From positions 5,477-69,476 of the forward strand of contig CAILIB010000003.1 in NCBI GenBank assembly GCA_903834195.1: 64,000 nucleotides of DNA, written 5' to 3'. Shown here one piece after another: positions 30,387-38,708 of this stretch. Position 1 is the stretch's first letter; each line of letters starts with the position of its first letter. Both the position numbers and the translations under genes were made by a program. Under the pieces are notes generated by a model. The model worked only from the letters and a program-made list of their open reading frames with translations. It was not told the DNA's origin and did no database searches. The stretch comes from an uncultured Candidatus Berkelbacteria bacterium (lineage in GTDB: Bacteria; Patescibacteriota; UBA1384; CAILIB01).

Positions 30387-30806
30387 TTAACCATGCAAAA
30401 TTCCGTCCTCTATTAACCGCGGTACGAGAACGTTTGCGACGGTATCAGTTGCAGTCACCACATCAGTTCGAATTTCCTCTACAGTCACCCATCGAACATG
30501 CGCAATTTCAGAAGTCGGTACTGGATTACCTACTAGCTCGACAAGATAATATCCAAACGAACGCAAAATGTCCGGCCCGGCAGAGTGATACGATTGCAAA
30601 CTGAGAAGAAAATTGACAGACGATGCCTCCACGCCTAATTCTTCACGAACTTCGCGACGTAATGCCTCGACATTACCCTCATTTTCTTCAACCCTTCCAC
30701 CAGGTGTCCACCACACCTTGCTTTGTGAGTTGGTAACCAAAAGTAATCGCCCTTCACGGACTATTACTGCTCCAACGCGGTAGAATTGAGGTTCTTTGTT
30801 TTCCAC
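30387..30806 (-). CDS. NUDIX hydrolase
   Basis: PGGRVEENEGNVEALRREVREELG. Confidence 0.9.
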   Translation of the reverse strand: MENKEPQFYRVGAVIVREGRLLLVTNSQSKVWWTPGGRVEENEGNVEALRREVREELGVEASSVNFLLSLQSYHSAGPDILRSFGYYLVELVGNPVPTSEIAHVRWVTVEEIRTDVVTATDTVANVLVPRLIEDGILHG

Positions 30807-30824
30807 ACTGCGATTTGTAAGAAA

Positions 30825-31325
30825 TTAAGAAGTCGTCAGCTGCTTAAAAATAACTTCCGACGTTTCCTCTGGGGACTGATTTGTGGAATCAATCATCGTG
30901 AATAATATATGTTTTTCACCCGTCAAATCAGCAAACACTTCATCAACACGCTTACCAAGCTGTCGTTCAGGTGGTCGTTGCGCATCTCGATCATGCAACT
31001 CATCTAATGTTGGGAGGAGTAAAAACGCATGTACATTATCAAAATACTCACGATATTTTGTAACATCAGCATCGTCAAATACATGATCAATAATGACCAC
31101 AAAATTCTTGGCAAGATACCGCTTAATCATGTCAATTGAGATGTCAGTCGCTAATACGCACTGACCTTCCTCGTCGGTATCGTTCCATGGAGCAACATAC
31201 CCTGCTTTCACAAAATCACGAAGATCGTCGAGTGAAAAATTCACCGATCGCTGAAATTTGTATGCAAGGATATTTCCAACTGTACTTTTGCCCGCACCTG
31301 GTGGACCTGTAAGGATAATTAACAT
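30825..31325 (-). CDS. P-loop small-molecule kinase-like protein
   Basis: GPPGAGKST, RDAQR lid. Confidence 0.85.
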   Translation of the reverse strand: MLIILTGPPGAGKSTVGNILAYKFQRSVNFSLDDLRDFVKAGYVAPWNDTDEEGQCVLATDISIDMIKRYLAKNFVVIIDHVFDDADVTKYREYFDNVHAFLLLPTLDELHDRDAQRPPERQLGKRVDEVFADLTGEKHILFTMIDSTNQSPEETSEVIFKQLTTS

Positions 31326-31376
31326 GACTAAAGTATATCAGATTTGAATTGAACAAATTAAACTTCTACGAGCCAC

Positions 31377-32252
31377 TTATTTTGTATGTTTACTTTTCAG
31401 ATACGGAACCGCTGCCGCCACAATAATTATTCCTGCACCTAAGATAGCAAGAAATGACGGGTTCTCCTGAAAAAGAACAGCTCCAAAAACAAGTGCAAAC
31501 ACAATTTCAAATAGCCCTAGAATCCCCGCTACCCCTGCATCAATAAGCTTCACCCCCTTTGTCAGTGACCACGAAGCTACAAGAGATGCGCCGGCAAAGA
31601 GAATAAGGTATATCCACTCAACATGCGCACCAATTACCGGATACTGCTCTCTGAACACAAAAAGCATGAGCGTATTTGCAATAACTGAAGTAACCCACAA
31701 CACCACCGTAGTTTGAGTCGCGTTATACTGAATGTTCTTACTAATTACTGTATTTAATGCTGTTGCTAAACCGCTTAACATTGCAGCGCCTAGAGCAAGC
31801 CAGGCAACATGAGAGGTTGAAGGAGAAAATATAAGAGCTAGCCCAATAATACCTAACATTACTGAAGCAGTTTTTGCTAAGGTAAAACGCTCGTGAGCAA
31901 GTAGCCAACCAAAGAACAACATCCCGATTACAATAGATGCGTACGCAACTGTAAGAGCCAAACCTACACCCGCATTCAAAACTGCATAATACAGCGGACC
32001 CCAAATAAAGAGAGAAGCTCCGATCATTCCCAAAATATAACGCCAATTCTTTTTTAGGTTTAATGGCTCAAACCTTTTTAACTTCCAAGTTATTGGTATT
32101 AAAAGTATGAGCACAACAACACTCCGAAGTGCAGATGCCGTGTATCCTCCAAAAAAATCTCCCATTAGCTTTGTCCAAATTCCGTAACTTGCGTAAAAGA
32201 GAGATGACAAGAGTATGAGTCCTGCTCCTAAAGGTACTTTTGCTTTATTCAT
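31377..32252 (-). CDS. DMT/EamA-family transporter
   Basis: About 10 TM segments in two repeats; FEIVFALVFGAVLFQE. Confidence 0.88.
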   Translation of the reverse strand: MNKAKVPLGAGLILLSSLFYASYGIWTKLMGDFFGGYTASALRSVVVLILLIPITWKLKRFEPLNLKKNWRYILGMIGASLFIWGPLYYAVLNAGVGLALTVAYASIVIGMLFFGWLLAHERFTLAKTASVMLGIIGLALIFSPSTSHVAWLALGAAMLSGLATALNTVISKNIQYNATQTTVVLWVTSVIANTLMLFVFREQYPVIGAHVEWIYLILFAGASLVASWSLTKGVKLIDAGVAGILGLFEIVFALVFGAVLFQENPSFLAILGAGIIIVAAAVPYLKSKHTK

Positions 32253-32295
32253 ACACGTATCGTAGCAGCTTGATTCAAATCTTGCATTTACTATA

Positions 32296-32395
32296 CAGAG
32301 AAATCAAATCATTGATGCCTCTGGTTTTTTATTACTAACTAATATAAAAGATTCTCTGAGAGACTCTTTTATATTAATCGTCCTAACGGGGCGAT
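32296..32395. other. Cluster of three intergenic hairpins
   Basis: CAGAG..CTCTG followed by GT6; TAATATAAAAGA/TCTTTTATATTA (12 bp); ATCGTCC/GGGCGAT. Confidence 0.6.
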
Positions 32396-32424
32396 CTTTG
32401 AATTGATAGAAAATTACAAGCGAC

Positions 32425-32748
32425 TCAACTAATCCCTGTCTGTTTCTGAGAACCAATCCTTTTATACAAAACTAACTCACAATCTTGAGTAACCTCTATA
32501 ATACGATGAGGTTCACCTTCCCCAAAATAAATAAATGCACGCTGTGAAGATTTCACTACATCGCCGTCCTTTGACTCAAAAACTAACTCACCAGAAAGAA
32601 CTTGGTAAAACTCAAAAGTATTTGGATGTGAATGAAATTGTTCTTCACTATATCCGACTGGAAAAACGACAGTGCGAATAAAGAGGTCTGGATTATTCTC
32701 TTCACCACAGATTACACCTGGATCACTTGGATATTGAAAGTGTTTCAT
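32425..32748 (-). CDS. Cupin-domain protein
   Basis: HSHPNTFEFYQVLSG...GEPHR; TATACT 6 nt before the ATG at 32748. Confidence 0.8.
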   Translation of the reverse strand: MKHFQYPSDPGVICGEENNPDLFIRTVVFPVGYSEEQFHSHPNTFEFYQVLSGELVFESKDGDVVKSSQRAFIYFGEGEPHRIIEVTQDCELVLYKRIGSQKQTGIS

Positions 32749-32776
32749 ACCCAAAGTATATCAAGTTTAAAATAAC

Positions 32777-32902
32777 AAAAAACTGCAGCCCGCGTATATG
32801 CAGTCCTGACAATTCAGGTGGGTTTCCTCACGCACACCCCACGGGGTGTACAAATATCGGAGTCCCAATGCATTAAGAGATAACTACATACGGGGCGGCA
32901 GC
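32777..32902 (-). ncRNA. ssrS: Compact 6S RNA-like ncRNA
   Basis: End-to-end closing stem, central bubble with 3' hairpin CCUGA/UCAGG, UGGG/CCCA helix, apical stem; promoter TTGTGC-17-TATCGT; U6 tail. Confidence 0.7.
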
Positions 32903-32977
32903 GGAATCACGATACCTCAAATATGAAATTTGCACAATGCTATTCCTGTACGCCGTAGCTTTGCTATACTTAGTTAT

Positions 32978-35350
32978 ATGACTTCTGCACTTGCTGTTCA
33001 GATTTGTCGGATTGTAGCTCCTGATAAACTCCCCGATCGCCTTCTGGCCTCGGGTGTTCTTCGCAAAGAGGGAGATGCTTCTATAAAAGACCAAGTAGTT
33101 CTGGCCTACCTTTTTGAGGTTACCAGACCATGGTTTTCTTCTTCGACTCTCCTTCCAACCCTTACCGCAACGCTTGAGGCTGAGTACGCTAAACTCACCC
33201 CAGCTCACCCACTTGATGACCAGCTCGAGTATGTTCTTAAATCAGTTAATCAAAGTCTGAACAAAATCTCCGAAGACGGTGAAACTGACTGGATCGGCTC
33301 TCTAAATGGTATTATCCTGGTTATTTCGGGCGAAGAAATCCACTTTTCTCAAACTGGCCGTTTCCCAGCCTACCTTCTACAGAACAACCGAATTCGCCAA
33401 ATTACTGACGACCCTCAGGTAAACCAAGAGCCACATCCGCTGCGAACCTTCGCCAACCTGGCATCTGGCCATCTTATTGAAGGTGATCAACTTCTCTTTG
33501 CTAATCAAGAACTCTACAACGAGATTTCTCTCGATGCACTTCGCCGTATTCTCAACAGTTCTACCCCGCTTGCATCCTCACTTACCATTACCAAAGAGTT
33601 AAAACGCGAAAAAAATCCGCTTGTTTCTTCGCTGATTATTAAAATTGAAAACCCAGCAAGTCTTCCAGCTACTCCTGAGGCTGAAGTAGTTTCTCTTGAA
33701 GAAGAAATGCAAAGTGTTCTTAAGAAGCTTGGGCGACAATTAGCTCCAGTTGCAAAAAAGGCTAAAGAAATTGGCAAGCAAGCCGGCGCTGCCAGCTTAA
33801 AAGCCGCTCAACAAACCAACGTAGCATTCAAAGAAAAAGTTGCACCAAAGGCAAGTGAACTTATCAAAAAAAGCATCAAGAGCTTGCGAGAAGAAGATAA
33901 AAAGCCAGAAGAAATTGGCACTCCAACTGAGGTGATTGTTGACGAAACACCTGTCGAACCACCAGTAGTCGAGATTATTCGTTCACGAAGTAAGCAAACG
34001 CACATTCACTTAGAAGCACTCGCTGCAGCTGCCCAGTCTCGATTAGAGCACCAAGAAGCAGAATTACCAACTCGCGCCTTTCCAGAACCTAACGCGAGGC
34101 CGCACACTCCTCCGCACCCTGCACTGATTTTCCTTACCAAAACACTTCCCCACATCATCTTAAGTGTCTGGGCACATGTTAAACTCTGGCTAGTAGTACC
34201 AAAAAATAAGAAAACTGCAGCACTTTCACTCGGTGTCGTTATCATTATTGGAACCATCGCAATTGCACTAAATTCACGTCACACCAGCACAGGTACCACA
34301 ACTGAGAAGTCTAACAATGTTGCAATTATCGAAAGCATTAGCACGCTGAAAGATAAAATTGTCACCGATATTAAACAAGACCAACAAGTTGAAGCACAGA
34401 AATTTGCAGTACAGGCCGGACAAGCCGCTGACACACTCCAAAGCCCAAGTACTAACCAAACTCAACAAGTTACCCAACTTCTTGCAGATATCAATACACT
34501 GGCTGATCCTCTCAGTAAGACAACTCGCTTTACCCAAGCCACTGCCACCTATTCACTTACAGCGCCCGCCAACGGTTTCATAGCTACACTCCCATATTTC
34601 TTCGCTTGGAATAATACCTCATCAATTTTACGTACAGGTATTGGTGCTGCAGCACAGGTCCAAGATAGTAAAATACTTCCAGATAGTAGTGATATCATTA
34701 TTGCCGCAGCTTCAAGTAATGAAGCAAATGTTGCAGGATATGCTTTGACCCGTCAAAACAAGGTCTACCGCATCATGCAAAACGGTAGCACTACAACACT
34801 TAAAGCAATTAGTCCTCAGTCAGGTGACTTTGCGGCTGGAGATACAATCACAACCTACAACGGCAATGTGTATATCTTAGATAGTAAAACTGGTCTGCTC
34901 TGGAAATACGCTAATTCAGGTACAACCTATGCCAAAGGCGTAAGTGTTATAGATATTAATAAATACGATATAAAAAATAATGTTTCTTTAGCGATTGATG
35001 GATCGATCTACTTCCTCAAGCCAAATAATACTATTACTAAGTTCACGAGCGGTAAGCAAGTACCAGATTTTCTGCTGAAAAACCTGCCTTACAATGTGCA
35101 GAATCCGGTACAAACCTCCCAAATTATTACCGCTGAAACCTTCCCGAGTATTTATGTACTTGATGCCGGTTCAACATCATCAAACCACTCTACTGCACGC
35201 GTAATTGAATACACCAAAGACGGCACATTTGTTCGGCAATACGCCTTTCCAGCAGATGCAACTCGGGTTCGCGGGTTTAGTATTAATCCGAAAGATAAGA
35301 AGCTCTGGATTCTTAACGGATCAGGTATTGAAGAATTTACCCTCCCGTAA
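32978..35350 (+). CDS. Membrane protein: PP2C-like N-terminal domain, one TM, extracellular beta-propeller-like C-terminus
   Basis: SVNQSL..SLNGIILVI..IHFSQTG..AYLLQ..ITD; C-terminal NVYILDS, LAIDGSIY, SIYVLD blade-like repeats; ATG at 32978 follows TATACT. Confidence 0.65.
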   Translation: MTSALAVQICRIVAPDKLPDRLLASGVLRKEGDASIKDQVVLAYLFEVTRPWFSSSTLLPTLTATLEAEYAKLTPAHPLDDQLEYVLKSVNQSLNKISEDGETDWIGSLNGIILVISGEEIHFSQTGRFPAYLLQNNRIRQITDDPQVNQEPHPLRTFANLASGHLIEGDQLLFANQELYNEISLDALRRILNSSTPLASSLTITKELKREKNPLVSSLIIKIENPASLPATPEAEVVSLEEEMQSVLKKLGRQLAPVAKKAKEIGKQAGAASLKAAQQTNVAFKEKVAPKASELIKKSIKSLREEDKKPEEIGTPTEVIVDETPVEPPVVEIIRSRSKQTHIHLEALAAAAQSRLEHQEAELPTRAFPEPNARPHTPPHPALIFLTKTLPHIILSVWAHVKLWLVVPKNKKTAALSLGVVIIIGTIAIALNSRHTSTGTTTEKSNNVAIIESISTLKDKIVTDIKQDQQVEAQKFAVQAGQAADTLQSPSTNQTQQVTQLLADINTLADPLSKTTRFTQATATYSLTAPANGFIATLPYFFAWNNTSSILRTGIGAAAQVQDSKILPDSSDIIIAAASSNEANVAGYALTRQNKVYRIMQNGSTTTLKAISPQSGDFAAGDTITTYNGNVYILDSKTGLLWKYANSGTTYAKGVSVIDINKYDIKNNVSLAIDGSIYFLKPNNTITKFTSGKQVPDFLLKNLPYNVQNPVQTSQIITAETFPSIYVLDAGSTSSNHSTARVIEYTKDGTFVRQYAFPADATRVRGFSINPKDKKLWILNGSGIEEFTLP

Positions 35351-35396
35351 ACTGAAAACAGTTTCAGAGAGACACTTTTTTGCTATAGTGCAGTAA

Positions 35397-37157
35397 ATGC
35401 CAACCTTACAACAGTACGTTACTGATATTGTTTCAGCTGCGTTTTCAGCAGCCGGCTTCGACACTTCTTACGGTGCCGTGGTTTTTTCTGAACGCCCTGA
35501 CCTGAGCCAGTTCCAGTGTAATGGTGCTCTCAAGGCAGCAAAACAGTATGGTCAAAGCCCTCGTTCAATTGCCGAAGCAGTGTCCGTACAACTGCAACAA
35601 AACACAGAAATTCTGAGTAACGTTCAAGTTGATGGACCAGGTTTTCTCAATATTAGCCTGACCGACACTGCAATTGCCGCACAACTTAATCAGTACGCTC
35701 AATCGGAAATTGTACCACAGGATCAAAATCCTCAAACCGTAATTGTAGATTTTGGCGGACCAAATGTAGCTAAACCGCTTCACGTTGGCCATCTCCGATC
35801 CAGTATTATTGGCGACAGTATTCAGAAATTACATCGTGCACTTGGCCACACAGTTTACGGAGATATTCACCTTGGTGACTGGGGTACGCCAATGGGAATT
35901 CTGATTGCCTTTATTCAACGTGAGCAGCCTGAACTCATCTATTTTGACCCAACTATTACCGATGGATACCCTGCCGAATCTCCGGTTAGCATGGCCGATT
36001 TGGAACGACTCTATCCAGCTGGTTCTACACTATTAAAAGAAGATGCCGAATTTCAACGTGCAGCCCAACAAGCCACTGCCGAGTTGCAAGCTGGCCGACC
36101 TGGCTACCGCGCATTATGGAACCACTTCATTACGGTTTCTGAAGTTGGTCTCAAAGATAACTTTAAATCACTTGGAGTTGAATTCGATTGGTGGTATGGC
36201 GAAAGCCATTATCACGACCGAATTGACCCTCTAGTTGAGAAACTAAAGTCCGAAGGTATTGCAGTTGAAAGCAAGGGTGCACTTATCATCCCCCTACCGG
36301 AACAAAACGGCACTGAAATTCCCCCACTTATTTTATTGAAATCTGATGGAGCATTTTTATACAGCACAACTGACTTAGCATGTGTTGATGAGCGCGTCCA
36401 CGACAATCACGCCAACCAGATTATTTATGTGGTAGATCAACGTCAGCATCTGCACTTTACTCAGGTATTTAGTGCTGCCCGATTAGCAAAACTTTGCCCT
36501 GAAAATGTGCCACTTATACACGCTGGTTTTGGCACCATTAATGGCAGTGATGGCAAGCCTTTTAAGACCCGTGCAGGCGGCGTAATGCGTCTTCGTGATC
36601 TTATTACCATGGTCACTGAAAAAGCTACAGAGCGCATGGTGGAAGCTGGAATGAGCCAAGAGTACCCTGAAGCTGAGCAAAAAGAAATCGCTCGAAAAGT
36701 GGGTATTTCTGCCCTTAAGTTTGCCGATCTGATCAACAACCGAACCTCAAATTACATCTTTGATTTAGATCGGTTTGTTTCGTTTGAAGGAAAAACTGGA
36801 CCGTACCTGGTTTACACTGCCGTGCGTATTCAATCTATTCTGCGTAAGCTTAAGGTTCAACCTGATACTGATTTTGTCATGCAAGCTCCGACTGATGTTG
36901 AACGTGGACTCATGCTTACACTTTCCCAACTACCAGACGTAGTAAACGCAACTTTGGAAGGACTAACTCCACATACCCTCGCCGAGTATGGGTTTACACT
37001 TGCCCAAGAATTCAACCGATTCTATCAGCAGACCAGCATTATTCACGAGCAAGATACGCAAAAACAGCAAGGCTGGTTAGCACTTTCGCTTTTCACATTA
37101 AAACAGTTGACCTGGATTACTGAGATTCTTGGAATGGAAATTCCAGAACGGATGTAA
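35397..37157 (+). CDS. argS: Arginine--tRNA ligase
   Basis: PNVAKPLHVGH, GDWGT, FKTRAG, C-terminal PERM. Confidence 0.98.
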   Translation: MPTLQQYVTDIVSAAFSAAGFDTSYGAVVFSERPDLSQFQCNGALKAAKQYGQSPRSIAEAVSVQLQQNTEILSNVQVDGPGFLNISLTDTAIAAQLNQYAQSEIVPQDQNPQTVIVDFGGPNVAKPLHVGHLRSSIIGDSIQKLHRALGHTVYGDIHLGDWGTPMGILIAFIQREQPELIYFDPTITDGYPAESPVSMADLERLYPAGSTLLKEDAEFQRAAQQATAELQAGRPGYRALWNHFITVSEVGLKDNFKSLGVEFDWWYGESHYHDRIDPLVEKLKSEGIAVESKGALIIPLPEQNGTEIPPLILLKSDGAFLYSTTDLACVDERVHDNHANQIIYVVDQRQHLHFTQVFSAARLAKLCPENVPLIHAGFGTINGSDGKPFKTRAGGVMRLRDLITMVTEKATERMVEAGMSQEYPEAEQKEIARKVGISALKFADLINNRTSNYIFDLDRFVSFEGKTGPYLVYTAVRIQSILRKLKVQPDTDFVMQAPTDVERGLMLTLSQLPDVVNATLEGLTPHTLAEYGFTLAQEFNRFYQQTSIIHEQDTQKQQGWLALSLFTLKQLTWITEILGMEIPERM

Positions 37158-37158
37158 T

Positions 37159-37479
37159 ATGCTGACGTACCTCATTTTTACACCGCTCGTTTGTGCATAC
37201 CTTTTCTGCCTTGGAAAAGCACTCGTAGTTCAGTTCAGTGCTGCAGAGTTGTCTGACATTGCTCTAAAATGGTGGGCATACTCAGTTGGCATATTCTCTG
37301 TATCGATTATTATCGACCAGGTACTATTTAACGGAGTTAGCTCTGATCCTGGCCCAGCCATCTTTGTAATCGTTTTGGCCTGTTTTTCACTTACAGTTGA
37401 AACATTTATTCTTCTCATGATTACACTCGTAATTAGCAGAGTAATTACCTGGGCTAAAAGCCTGAAAAAAACTAAATAA
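37159..37479 (+). CDS. Small membrane protein (about 3 TM)
   Basis: Hydrophobic ORF starting 1 nt after the argS stop. Confidence 0.55.
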   Translation: MLTYLIFTPLVCAYLFCLGKALVVQFSAAELSDIALKWWAYSVGIFSVSIIIDQVLFNGVSSDPGPAIFVIVLACFSLTVETFILLMITLVISRVITWAKSLKKTK

Positions 37480-38668
37480 GCTTGACGTAACGGCGTGGCC
37501 CTACTTGTAACAGACTACCTGATTCTATTGCAACTACAGCCTCAGTATCCGTTACTTTCTCGTTATTGAACTTTACTGCACCCTCACGAACCAGCTGCCG
37601 TGCTTCTGTTTTGCTTTTGGCAAAAGTACTAACAATAAGTAAATCAACAATCGAAATTTCCGAACCTTCAACGTGTAATTCAGGAATATCAGTCGGAAGC
37701 TGTTTCTCACTAAACTGATTCATGTACTCCTGACGAGTTGTCTTCGCCACATCTTCGCCGTGATACAACGCCACCAGACGCTCTGACATATCAAGTTTAA
37801 TATCACGCGGATTTTCACCAGAAGCAATTCGCGTAGCTAATTCTTCCTTAGTAAACGGAAGGGCGGGCTGTGGAAATACAATCAGGAAATCAGCCATTAG
37901 ATCGTCACGCAAAGTCATGAACTTACCAAACTTGTCTTTTGGTGTATCAAGCAGAAAAATTCCATTGCCGTAACTTGAACTCATCTTGCGACCATCCATA
38001 CCGCTCACCAGTGGATTCACAATAATAGCTTGCTGACGCTTGCCAGCCTGTTCTTGAAGAGTACGTCCTGCGAGTAGATTAAACCACTGATCGGTACCCC
38101 CAAGCTCAACGTCGGCTTCTACAGCAATCGAATCGTAGCCCTGCATAAGAGGATAGAGCATTTCACGCAACGAAACACGTCCACCTTTTTCCAAACGCTT
38201 TGCTACAAGCTCGCGTTTTATAAACGTATTCACCGAGAAGGCATCAGCCAGATGGCTGATTTTTCCTAATGAAAGCGAATTCAACCAGGTTGAATTATGA
38301 TGAAAGGTAACTTGATCTTTGCGTTCTGGGTTGAGAACCATCCAAAGCTGCTCTTCGTAGCGAGCCATATTTTCTGTAACTTGCTCCTCGGAAAGCATCG
38401 GCCGTTCTGAATCTTTATCTGAAGTATCCCCAACTTGACCGGTAAAATCACCAATAATGAGTTCAATTTTGTGACCAAGCTCCTGAAAGGCACGGAGGCG
38501 CCACAAAACTATTGCGCGACCAATGTGAATATTAGCGCTGGTAGGGTCAATTCCGAGCTTTACGTGCAAAACTTCGCCAGCATCAATTCGCTTTTTAGCA
38601 TCATCAATACCGACCTGATCTGCAACTGCGTACGAGAAAATATCGTCTTGTGAAAATTTGAGTTCCAT
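37472..38668 (-). CDS. tyrS: Tyrosine--tRNA ligase
   Basis: GIDPT..HIGR, YPLMQGYD, GGTDQ, KMSSS, C-terminal S4 domain; start at ATG 38668. Confidence 0.97.
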   Translation of the reverse strand: MELKFSQDDIFSYAVADQVGIDDAKKRIDAGEVLHVKLGIDPTSANIHIGRAIVLWRLRAFQELGHKIELIIGDFTGQVGDTSDKDSERPMLSEEQVTENMARYEEQLWMVLNPERKDQVTFHHNSTWLNSLSLGKISHLADAFSVNTFIKRELVAKRLEKGGRVSLREMLYPLMQGYDSIAVEADVELGGTDQWFNLLAGRTLQEQAGKRQQAIIVNPLVSGMDGRKMSSSYGNGIFLLDTPKDKFGKFMTLRDDLMADFLIVFPQPALPFTKEELATRIASGENPRDIKLDMSERLVALYHGEDVAKTTRQEYMNQFSEKQLPTDIPELHVEGSEISIVDLLIVSTFAKSKTEARQLVREGAVKFNNEKVTDTEAVVAIESGSLLQVGPRRYVKLI

Positions 38669-38708
38669 ACCTGTAACTTTAGCGTGTATTATGCTATTCT
38701 TCAATCAC
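38669..38708. promoter_or_regulatory. Back-to-back divergent -10 boxes for tyrS and PBP1A
   Basis: TAAAGT on minus (38681-38676) and TG-C-TATTCT on plus (38695-38700), 7-8 nt from each ATG. Confidence 0.6.

Noticed and set aside
21000..32760. Integron cassette array or prophage
   Set aside because: Mixed gene orientation; no recurring attC-like RYYYAAC...GTTRRRY hairpins, integrase or phage genes recognised
38658..38704. Overlapping 5' ends of tyrS and PBP1A in the ORF track
   Set aside because: Artefact of longest-ORF calling; ATGs at 38668 and 38709 have properly spaced -10 boxes. The same applies to the extended starts of apbE, mraZ, ftsW and mutM
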